From an uncultured Clostridia bacterium (GTDB lineage Bacteria; Bacillota; Clostridia; Christensenellales; UBA1242), in assembly GCA_934777505.1 (NCBI GenBank), contig CAKVNM010000001.1:28977-92976 (forward strand): a DNA stretch of 64,000 bases, in the 5' to 3' direction. Numbering within the stretch: position 1 is the first letter of the stretch; the number at the start of each line of letters is the position of its first letter. Shown one piece after another: positions 56,489 through 64,000 of the stretch. The position numbers and the translations under genes were made by a program. The notes under the pieces are model-generated. The model made no database searches. It saw only the letters and a list, made by a program, of their open reading frames with translations, and was not told the DNA's origin.

Positions 56489-58588
56489 ATGGAAGAATTT
56501 TTACAAAACTATAAATCAATTTTTTCAAACGAACAGTTTGAAAATTTTTCGGCACTTTGTTCACATCTTTGTGGACTAGACGAAACAGAAAAAGTGTTTA
56601 CAAAATCAAAAGATATTTCTAACCTAATTTTGCCTTTAAAACTGGACTTTGAGACATATTCTGCTTGCATGATTTTGCCATATCTAAGAGAAAATATTGA
56701 CCTAAAATTTGACGAAAATATGACCAATATTTTTAATGGAAGCGTTGATATTGCAAAGACTGTTATCAAAATTTCCAATTTGGATTACACCAATCAGCAA
56801 ACAGAAACCGAAAATGTTAGAAGTATGTTGATTGCCATTGCAAAAGATATTAGGGTTATGATTGTAAAACTTGCAGAAGTTTTGTATCTTGCTCGTCACA
56901 CAAGAGAATTATCTCACGAAGACGCCGAAAAATTGCATTTTGAAATCAGGGAAATTTACTCGCCAATCGCTTCTCGTTTGGGGCTATCTTATGTTAAGTC
57001 GGAACTCAACGACCTAAACCTTTCGTACTTTAAGCCAAACGAATACAAAAAACTGCTCAAACAAGTGGCAGAAGATAGCAGAAATGGCAAGGAAAGACTA
57101 GATAGAGTTATCGAAAAAATCAAACAAATTATGCAAAACCTTAACATAAAAGGTGACTGCTATGGCAGGGTTAAGCATATTTCAAGCATATACAACAAGT
57201 TGAAAGAAAAGGGCAAAACCTTAACTCAAATTTTTGACCTTTGTGCTTTAAGGGTTATTGTTCCAACTCAAAACGATTGCTATGCTATTTTGGGTGCAAT
57301 TCACACCGAATTTGTGCCAATTGATAGCAGATTTAAGGACTACATCGCTAGACCAAAAGCAAACGGATATCAAAGTTTGCATACAGTTGTACTAGTTGAC
57401 AATGAACCACTAGAAATTCAAATTAGAACGGCAGAAATGCACAATCACGCTGAGTATGGTATCGCAGCGCACTTTTTGTACAAGGAACACAAATCAAAAC
57501 TTGACAATCTTGACGACAAACTTTTGTGGATTAGAAAACTAATCGAAAGCAAGGATAACGAAAACGCTAGCGACCTTATCGACAGCCTTAAAACCGATGT
57601 TTATAGTGGAGAAATTTTTGTTCAATCTCCAATGGGAAAAATCGTTCAACTTGTTGAACAATCAACTCCTATCGACTTTGCTTATGCAATTCACTCGCAG
57701 GTGGGTAACAAGTGTGTTGGTGCAAGAGTTAATGGCAAAATGGTGCCTTTAACCACGCCACTTAACAACGGCGATGTGGTCGAAATTATAACCAACCAAA
57801 ACGCAAAAGGACCATCAAGAGATTGGTTAAAATTTGTTAAAACTGCCGGAACAAAAAACAAAATCAAACAATATTTCCGTCACGAGATGAAGGAAGAAAA
57901 CATCAAAAAAGGCAAATCAATTTTGGATTTGGCAGCCAAGAACAAGGGCTATAATCTCAAAGATTTGTTGAATGATGAAGCGATGATAGAAGTGTTTGAA
58001 AAATATGCGTTCCACAACGAAGACGAGATGTTAGCCGCAGTTGGCTACGGAAGTGTTACAAGCACGCAAATTATCAACAAACTTGTTGATGCATACAAGA
58101 AAAATCAGCCACAAACTTTGGAACTTAAACCTATTCAAGAAAAGGATTTGGAAAACACCGATATTGCAGAACTTGCGGGCATAATGGTCAAGTATGCAAA
58201 ATGTTGCAATCCAATTCCGGGGGACGATATTGTGGGATTTGTTTCTCGTGGCAGTGGTGTTACAATTCACAGAAGCGACTGCGTGGCTCTAAAATCACTA
58301 GAACAAGACCGTTTGATGCCAATCAGTTGGGGTAAAAATTCAGGTCAAAACTATGTTGCAAGTGTTAGACTTTTTGTTGATAACACACCGGGTGTTTTGG
58401 CAACGATTTCTGGAAAGATTGCAGAAAACAAAATCAATATCACAAAAATTGTCAGCACCCCAAGTGACCACGAAGAAGCAACGATTGACATTTCGTTCTA
58501 TGTTAGCGGAAAGGAAGAACTTGACGACTTTATCAAAAAAATGCAATCACTTTCGATTGTTCACTCAGTTGTTAGAGGAGGAAACTAA
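56489..58588 (+). CDS. relA: Long RelA/SpoT homologue: (p)ppGpp synthetase with apparently degenerate hydrolase domain
   Basis: Synthetase core GRVKHISSIYNKL, DYIARPKANGYQSLHTVV, EIQIRTAEMHNHAEYG; TGS and ACT domains present; HD metal ligands not found (see findings). Confidence 0.88.
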   Translation: MEEFLQNYKSIFSNEQFENFSALCSHLCGLDETEKVFTKSKDISNLILPLKLDFETYSACMILPYLRENIDLKFDENMTNIFNGSVDIAKTVIKISNLDYTNQQTETENVRSMLIAIAKDIRVMIVKLAEVLYLARHTRELSHEDAEKLHFEIREIYSPIASRLGLSYVKSELNDLNLSYFKPNEYKKLLKQVAEDSRNGKERLDRVIEKIKQIMQNLNIKGDCYGRVKHISSIYNKLKEKGKTLTQIFDLCALRVIVPTQNDCYAILGAIHTEFVPIDSRFKDYIARPKANGYQSLHTVVLVDNEPLEIQIRTAEMHNHAEYGIAAHFLYKEHKSKLDNLDDKLLWIRKLIESKDNENASDLIDSLKTDVYSGEIFVQSPMGKIVQLVEQSTPIDFAYAIHSQVGNKCVGARVNGKMVPLTTPLNNGDVVEIITNQNAKGPSRDWLKFVKTAGTKNKIKQYFRHEMKEENIKKGKSILDLAAKNKGYNLKDLLNDEAMIEVFEKYAFHNEDEMLAAVGYGSVTSTQIINKLVDAYKKNQPQTLELKPIQEKDLENTDIAELAGIMVKYAKCCNPIPGDDIVGFVSRGSGVTIHRSDCVALKSLEQDRLMPISWGKNSGQNYVASVRLFVDNTPGVLATISGKIAENKINITKIVSTPSDHEEATIDISFYVSGKEELDDFIKKMQSLSIVHSVVRGGN

Positions 58589-59964
58589 TGCAACTAAATT
58601 TGTCAAACCCAGAATTTGAACCAGATTTTTTGGAAGTTATAAATATGTTTTTTCCCGTCAACGAAGTGCATGACGATATTATTGACATTGATTACAGTAT
58701 TGACGAGAAAATTCATTGCAAAATCAAAGTTAATGAGAAAGAGTATCAGTTTGTAGAAAGCCTTAATGAGTATCAATCTCAAAAAACAATCTTAAAGCAC
58801 CTTTTATATAAGGCACTGAGTGATTACAAAAAAGTTGAGTTGCCTTGGGGTTGTTTGACGGGCATTAGACCCACAAAACTTTGCTACGATTTGCTCAAAA
58901 AAGGCGTAACAAAATTAGGGCTTGTCAATCACTTAAAAAACTACTATTCGGTTAGCGAAGAAAAGGCAAAACTTTGCCTAGACATTATTCAAAATCAGCA
59001 ACCTATGGAAACAAACGAAAGTTTGGTTGACTTTTATGTTAACATTCCATTTTGCACAACAAGGTGTTCTTATTGTTCGTTTATTTCTGCCGAGATTGGT
59101 AAAAATGAGTGCTTGGTTAAGCCTTATGTTGACGCTTTGCTTCAAGAAATTGAGTATGCAAAGCAGATAATCAAAGACAAGCATTTGGTGGTTAAAAATG
59201 TTTACTTTGGCGGTGGAACACCATCATCTTTGCCACCGGAAGAACTCAATCGAATTTTAGACGCAACAAGTTTTATGGTCAAAGAGTTCACGGTTGAAGC
59301 GGGCAGACCAGACACGATAACAAAAGAAAAATTGGATATCTTAAAAGCACACAATGTTTCCAGAATAAGCGTTAATCCACAAAGTTTTAACGAAAAGGTT
59401 TTGAAAGCGATTGGCAGAAATCACTCCGCTCTCGACACTTTAAACGCCTACAAACTGGCAAGGACTTACGACTTTCAAATCAATATGGATTTGATTGCAG
59501 GACTGCCAAAGGAAACTTTGAAGAGTTTTAAGGAAAATATTGATATTTGCATGGAACTAAATCCAGACAACATAACTGTTCACACCTTGGCTTTGAAGCG
59601 TGGAAGCACCTTTGCAAACGAAAATAAAGACATTTTTGCAAAGCCACTAGTTGAAAAAATGCTTGACTATGCACACAAGCAAATAACAAAACACGGTTAC
59701 TTGCCATACTACTTGTATCGTCAAAAAAATATGGTTGGCAGTTTGCAAAATATCGGCTACTGCAAAAAGGGAACAAAGTGCGATTTTAACATCGACAGCA
59801 TGGAAGAAACCGTTTCCATTATGGCTTGCGGAGCAAATGCAATCTCAAAGCGAATTTTCAATCTTGAAAACAGAATTGAACGCTATGCTAATTGCAAAGA
59901 TATAAAAACCTATATTGGCAAAATTGACGAAATCAACAAGCAAAAACGCAAGTTGTTTGAATAG
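58588..59964 (+). CDS. HemN/HemZ-like radical SAM protein (oxygen-independent coproporphyrinogen oxidase family)
   Basis: CTTRCSYCSF (Cx3Cx2C); GGGTPS; C-terminal HemN-like region; 1-nt overlap (TAATG) with relA. Confidence 0.8.
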   Translation: MQLNLSNPEFEPDFLEVINMFFPVNEVHDDIIDIDYSIDEKIHCKIKVNEKEYQFVESLNEYQSQKTILKHLLYKALSDYKKVELPWGCLTGIRPTKLCYDLLKKGVTKLGLVNHLKNYYSVSEEKAKLCLDIIQNQQPMETNESLVDFYVNIPFCTTRCSYCSFISAEIGKNECLVKPYVDALLQEIEYAKQIIKDKHLVVKNVYFGGGTPSSLPPEELNRILDATSFMVKEFTVEAGRPDTITKEKLDILKAHNVSRISVNPQSFNEKVLKAIGRNHSALDTLNAYKLARTYDFQINMDLIAGLPKETLKSFKENIDICMELNPDNITVHTLALKRGSTFANENKDIFAKPLVEKMLDYAHKQITKHGYLPYYLYRQKNMVGSLQNIGYCKKGTKCDFNIDSMEETVSIMACGANAISKRIFNLENRIERYANCKDIKTYIGKIDEINKQKRKLFE

Positions 59965-59994
59965 AAAAAACACTCAAAAAATGAGTGTTTTTTG
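59965..59994 (+). terminator. Rho-independent terminator
   Basis: aaaaaacactca / tgagtgtttttt stem, 5-nt loop. Confidence 0.8.
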
Positions 59995-60206
59995 TTATTT
60001 TTGTGCTTGATATTTAATTCTAGAAAATAATAAAAATTGCCAATAATTTATACAATCAAATTAACTCAAAACAATCTTTATTTTTTTAGTTCAAATAGTT
60101 TTTGTTTTTTCAAGTTTTGAAAAATTTATTTTAAATTAAATTCCAAGAGCGTTAAAATCATAAAAATTAATTACACAACTTATTTGGCAAAAAAATTAAT
60201 TTTTAC

Positions 60207-60235
60207 TTTACAAACTTAGATTTATATGTTATTAT
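60207..60235 (+). promoter_or_regulatory. Sigma-A type promoter of rpsO
   Basis: TTTACA (60207-60212), 17-nt spacer, TGt-TATTAT (60227-60235). Confidence 0.6.
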
Positions 60236-60240
60236 TAATG

Positions 60241-60322
60241 CGTTCCAAAAGCACAGGAGTGCGTTATCTCCTAACGGCTAACTTTGTTTTTGGTGAAAAT
60301 TTTATAAAGGAGAAAGTTAAGT
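60241..60322 (+). promoter_or_regulatory. Structured rpsO 5' leader (candidate S15 autoregulatory element)
   Basis: A decoy AGGAG (60255-60259) and the real SD AGGAGA (60308-60313) are both complementary to TCTCCT (60267-60272); outer helix cgtt / aacg. Confidence 0.4.
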
Positions 60323-60574
60323 ATGACAAAACAAGAAATCATCAAAGAATATCAACTTAAAGATGGTGATACAGGTTCTGCCGAAGTTCAAATCGCTTTG
60401 CTTTCAGCAAGAATTGCTCACTTAACAGAGCATTTGAAATCTAACAAGCAAGACAATCACTCTCGTAGAGGACTATTTAAAATGGTTGGTAAAAGAGCAA
60501 GCCTTTTAAAGTATCTTGAAAGTGTTGATATCGAAAGATACCGTGCTATCAAAGCAAAACTTGGTATTAGATAG
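60323..60574 (+). CDS. rpsO: 30S ribosomal protein S15
   Basis: [43 protein letters not shown]. Confidence 0.96.
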   Translation: MTKQEIIKEYQLKDGDTGSAEVQIALLSARIAHLTEHLKSNKQDNHSRRGLFKMVGKRASLLKYLESVDIERYRAIKAKLGIR

Positions 60575-60585
60575 TAAAAACAAAA

Positions 60586-60610
60586 GTCGCACAATTTGTG
60601 CGACTTTTTT
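60586..60610 (+). terminator. Rho-independent terminator
   Basis: gtcgcaca / tgtgcgac stem, 3-nt loop, 6-T run. Confidence 0.8.
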
Positions 60611-60823
60611 GTGCAATTCATAGGTTGCTTATCAAGATTGATAAAAAATACAAACGAAACTAATCAAAAACACAAAATTAGTTGTCAAATATTGCATTAT
60701 TTTAAGGTGCAATTTTTTATTTATTAATTTTATTTTGAATTAGCAAATATTTGGGTTATAATTGTTATGGTTTAAACTAGAAAAGGAGAAAATTAGACTA
60801 AATTATTAGTTCAAAAAGTAAAA

Positions 60824-62908
60824 ATGGAATTAGGAAACAAATTTGAAACAACAATCGGCGGAAGAAAAGTTTCTGTCGAAACAGGGAAGTATTGTGGACA
60901 GGCTAATGGCTCAGTAATCGTTAGATGTGGCGATACTGTTGTTATGGTAAACACAACCATGGCAAAAGAACCAAGACCAGCAATCGACTTTTTCCCACTA
61001 GGCGTGGATTACGAAGAAAAAATGTACTCAGTTGGCAAAATTCCGGGCGGATTTAAACGCAGAGAAGGCAGAGCAAGTGACAAAGCAATCTTAACATCTA
61101 GATTGATTGATAGACCACTTAGACCTTTGTTCGACAAGGGATTTTTCAACGATGTTGCAGTTGTTGCAACACCACTTTCGGTTGACCAAGACATTATGCC
61201 AGAAACACTAGCAATGCTTGGCTCATCAATCGCACTTTCTATCTCTAATATTCCTTTTGAAGGACCAACAGGCTCAGTTGTTGTTGGACTCATTGACGGA
61301 AAATACATTATCAACCCAGACGCAAAACAAAGAGAAATTTCAAGAATGCACTTAACAGTTTCTGGAACAAAAGAAGCCGTTTTAATGGTTGAAGCAGGAG
61401 CAAAAGAAGTAACAGAAGAAGAAATGTTAAAAGGTATTTTATTTGCTCACGAAGAAATCAAAAAACAAGTTGCATTTATTGAAGACATTGTTAAAAAAAT
61501 CGGCAAACCAAAAATTGTTCCAAATGTTTATCGTGTGCCAGACGATATGCAGGCTAAGATTGACGAATATGCTTATGCTAAAATGCAAAAAGTGTTTGAA
61601 TGCTACAACAGGCAAGAAAGAAATGTTCTTGAAGAACAACTAGAAACAGAAGTTCAAGAACATTTTAAAGATATATACCCAGAACAAGAAAAAGATATTT
61701 CTAATGCTCTATACAACGAGAAAAAACAAATTGTAAGAGAAAAAATCATCAACCAAGGCATTCGTCCAGACGGAAGAAAGATTGACGAAATCCGTCCAAT
61801 CTGGTGTGAAGCAGGCGTTCTTCCAAGAGTTCACGGAAGTGGCGTTTTCACTCGTGGACAAACTCAGGTTTTAACAACTTGTACTCTTGGTATGCTTGGT
61901 GATATGCAAAAACTCGAAGGTCTTGACGAAGAAGACGAAAAGAGATATATGCACCACTACAATATGCCACCATATTCAACTGGCGAAGCAAAACCTTTAA
62001 AGAGCCCAGGTAGACGAGAAATTGGTCACGGTGCACTTGCAGAAAGAGCACTTGAACCAATGCTTCCAAGCGAAGAAGAATTCCCTTATGCAATTAGAAC
62101 AGTAAGTGAAGTTTTAAGTTCTAACGGTTCAACCAGTCAGGCATCTGTTTGCGGTTCAACACTAGCACTTATGGACGCTGGCGTTCCAATCAAAGCACCA
62201 GTTGCTGGTATTGCAATGGGTCTTATGAAAGACAAAAAGACAGGCAAAGTTGTTGTTCTAAGCGATATTCAGGGACTAGAAGACTTCTTTGGCGACATGG
62301 ACTTTAAGGTTGCGGGAACAAAAGACGGCATCACAGCAATTCAAATGGATATTAAGATTCATGGAATTGACGAGCCTATTTTGCGTGAAGCACTTGAAAG
62401 AGCAAGAATTGGCAGACTTCACATTTTGGGTAAAATGTTAGAAGTGTTGCCAGAACCAAGAAAGTCACTTTCTCCTTATGCTCCAAAGATTATTTCATTT
62501 AACATTAACCCAGAAAAAATTGGCGATGTTATTGGAAAACAAGGCGCTGTAATCAACAAGATTATTGAGCAAACTGGTGTTAAAATCGACATTGAAGATG
62601 ACGGAAAAGTTTGCATTGCTTCTACTGACGAAATCATGAACCAAAAGGCAAAGAAGATTATTCTTTCTATTGCCGAAGATATTGAAAAAGGCAAAAAATA
62701 TGACGGCACAGTTGTTAGAATTATGCAATTTGGTGCGTTTGTAGAAATTGCCCCAGGAAAAGACGGCATGATTCATATTTCAAAACTCAGCGACAAGAGA
62801 GTTGAAAAGGTTGAAGATGTTGTTAATATCGGCGACAAAGTAGAAGTCGAAGTTATCAAAATTGACGACAAGGGCAGAGTTGACCTAAAACTCATCAGCA
62901 AAAAGTAA
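60824..62908 (+). CDS. pnp: Polyribonucleotide nucleotidyltransferase (PNPase)
   Basis: Two RNase PH domains (GRREIGHGALAERAL, FGDMDFKVAGT), plus KH and S1 domains. Confidence 0.96.
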   Translation: MELGNKFETTIGGRKVSVETGKYCGQANGSVIVRCGDTVVMVNTTMAKEPRPAIDFFPLGVDYEEKMYSVGKIPGGFKRREGRASDKAILTSRLIDRPLRPLFDKGFFNDVAVVATPLSVDQDIMPETLAMLGSSIALSISNIPFEGPTGSVVVGLIDGKYIINPDAKQREISRMHLTVSGTKEAVLMVEAGAKEVTEEEMLKGILFAHEEIKKQVAFIEDIVKKIGKPKIVPNVYRVPDDMQAKIDEYAYAKMQKVFECYNRQERNVLEEQLETEVQEHFKDIYPEQEKDISNALYNEKKQIVREKIINQGIRPDGRKIDEIRPIWCEAGVLPRVHGSGVFTRGQTQVLTTCTLGMLGDMQKLEGLDEEDEKRYMHHYNMPPYSTGEAKPLKSPGRREIGHGALAERALEPMLPSEEEFPYAIRTVSEVLSSNGSTSQASVCGSTLALMDAGVPIKAPVAGIAMGLMKDKKTGKVVVLSDIQGLEDFFGDMDFKVAGTKDGITAIQMDIKIHGIDEPILREALERARIGRLHILGKMLEVLPEPRKSLSPYAPKIISFNINPEKIGDVIGKQGAVINKIIEQTGVKIDIEDDGKVCIASTDEIMNQKAKKIILSIAEDIEKGKKYDGTVVRIMQFGAFVEIAPGKDGMIHISKLSDKRVEKVEDVVNIGDKVEVEVIKIDDKGRVDLKLISKK

Positions 62909-62912
62909 TACC

Positions 62913-62941
62913 AAAACCGCTACAAATTGTGGCGGTTTTTT
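62913..62941 (+). terminator. Rho-independent terminator after pnp
   Basis: aaaaccgcta / tggcggtttt stem (one G-U pair), 7-nt loop, T-run. Confidence 0.8.
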
Positions 62942-63095
62942 GCTGTTATTATAGATTTTGCTAGCAATAAAACTAAAACTTTGTATATCTAAAAATTCCC
63001 AAAAAATCAATTTTCAAGGTTTTAAAAAATTGCTATGGTATATGCAATATCATATATACTTATATAGCGTTTTAAAAAAGCATTGAGTTTTGGAT

Positions 63096-63123
63096 AAAAG
63101 CCACCTTTTTGGGTGGTTTTTTT
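63096..63123 (+). terminator. Orphan rho-independent terminator (no upstream ORF)
   Basis: aaaagccacc / ggtggttttt stem, about 4-nt loop, 7-T run; lies about 155 nt after the pnp terminator. Confidence 0.65.
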
Positions 63124-63168
63124 GTGCAGAAAAATTCAAAATTTTACAAACTTTTATTGATTTTTCTC

Positions 63169-63197
63169 TTGACAAGGCTTCAAAAAGCGTGTAGAAT
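63169..63197 (+). promoter_or_regulatory. Sigma-A type promoter of ylxM-ffh
   Basis: TTGACA (63169-63174), 17-nt spacer, TAGAAT (63192-63197). Confidence 0.65.
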
Positions 63198-63234
63198 AAT
63201 ACCGTAAAGCAAAAATACTTTACGCTAGGTTGTT

Positions 63235-63537
63235 ATGAAACTTGAAAAAATGATATATCTTGGCTCGCTTTTTGACTTGTACGGCAAAATGCTAACAAAA
63301 AAACAGCAACAAATTTTTAAGTGTTACTATTTTGACGATATTTCGTTGAGTGAGATTGCAGAGATTAACAAAGTAACAAAGCAGGCAGTAAAAGATTGTT
63401 TGGACAAAACCGAAAAATTACTGCTTGAATATGAAGAAAATTTGAAGTTTTATGACAAACTTCAACAGCAAGAACAGGTTTTAAGCAAAAATCCCGTGCT
63501 TCTAGCACAAATCAAAAATATTTGGAAGGAGAGTTAG
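63235..63537 (+). CDS. ylxM: YlxM (UPF0122) putative DNA-binding protein
   Basis: LFDLYGKMLTKKQQQIFKCYYFDDISLSEIAEINKVTKQAV; directly precedes ffh. Confidence 0.88.
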   Translation: MKLEKMIYLGSLFDLYGKMLTKKQQQIFKCYYFDDISLSEIAEINKVTKQAVKDCLDKTEKLLLEYEENLKFYDKLQQQEQVLSKNPVLLAQIKNIWKES

Positions 63538-64000
63538 ATGTCGGCATTTAGTTCACTGAGCGAAAGAATTTCACACATTTTTTCCAAACTAACAAAGCGT
63601 GGAAAGTTAACCGAACTCGAAATCAAAGAAGCCATGAGAGAAATCAGGGTGGCACTTTTGGAAGCCGATGTTAACTTTTTGGTCGTAAAAGACCTTGTTA
63701 ATAAAATCTCCGCCAAGGCAGTTGGACAAAAGGTGCTGGAAAGTTTGACACCGGGTCAACAGGTTATAAAAATTGTTAACGAAGAACTTGTTGAACTTAT
63801 GGGTGGAACAAACACCAAACTTTCTATCGCAAGCAATCCGCCAACAATCATTTTGATGTGCGGACTTCAAGGTGCAGGGAAAACTACCATGTGCGGAAAA
63901 CTTGCACTCATGCTCAAAAAGCAAGGCAAAAAGCCACTACTTGTTGGCTGTGATATTTATCGACCAGCCGCAATCAACCAACTCAAAGTTGTTGCAAAAG
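63538..64000 (+). CDS. ffh: Signal recognition particle protein Ffh (5' partial, runs off the window)
   Basis: Absent from the ORF track because it has no stop in the window; ATG 63538 directly follows the ylxM stop; translation MSAFSSLSERISHIFSKLTKRGKLTE...GLQGAGKTTMCGKLA. Confidence 0.93.
   Translation, partial: MSAFSSLSERISHIFSKLTKRGKLTELEIKEAMREIRVALLEADVNFLVVKDLVNKISAKAVGQKVLESLTPGQQVIKIVNEELVELMGGTNTKLSIASNPPTIILMCGLQGAGKTTMCGKLALMLKKQGKKPLLVGCDIYRPAAINQLKVVAK

Noticed and set aside
60785-60826. A strong SD-like AAGGAG lies 35 nt upstream of the pnp ATG, with no SD near the ATG. A five-codon ATT-initiated uORF (60792-60809) could be imagined
   Set aside because: ATT initiation and a regulatory uORF are pure speculation. 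No in-frame alternative pnp start exists, because there is a stop at 60794. The AGGAG may be fortuitous or part of an RNase III/PNPase autoregulatory leader that I cannot model by eye.

Overview
This is a gene-dense core-chromosome segment of a low-GC, spore-forming Firmicute that looks Clostridia-like (ylbJ, yqfC and yqfD are present). I support about 67 CDS, all but 8 on the + strand. The gene order is a streamlined version of conserved Firmicute neighbourhoods. It runs: ABC importer parts; ackA-rpmF-plsX-rnc-smc-ftsY; nfeD-floA-yqfB-like-yqfC-yqfD-ybeY-era-small ORF-recO; ppdK; mcsA-mcsB-clpC-like; obg-yhbY-lspA-rluD; tig-clpP-clpX-lon-queA-tgt-yajC; secD-secF-recJ-relA-HemZ-like; rpsO-pnp; ylxM-ffh (ffh is truncated by the window end). 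I found no rRNA, tRNA, CRISPR array, transposase or integrase. Many intergenic regions carry readable sigma-A type promoters and hairpin-plus-T-run terminators. The main anomaly is an AT-rich unit of about 2.3 kb (about 49170-51490) wedged between yajC and a yrzE/TIGR04086-like membrane gene. It has its own promoter and encodes a discrete PqqD-like protein, a 63-aa extremely acidic Cys/aromatic-rich peptide with no basic residues, a compact radical SAM/SPASM enzyme, and a peptidyl-tRNA hydrolase gene that overlaps the end of the enzyme gene. This is a candidate uncharacterised radical-SAM RiPP system. Secondary observations: a ClpC homologue that seems to lack both the M-domain and the ClpP-docking loop, in an mcsAB operon without ctsR; a long RSH (RelA/SpoT) with a degenerate hydrolase site; an ABC-like ATPase with only Walker A intact; a recurring promoter-N6-ATG arrangement suggesting leaderless mRNAs; a BpsA/DUF43-like enzyme with an unknown C-terminal domain; and an SD/anti-SD arrangement in the rpsO leader. 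All functional calls rest on motifs read by eye and on remembered family knowledge. No database search was run.
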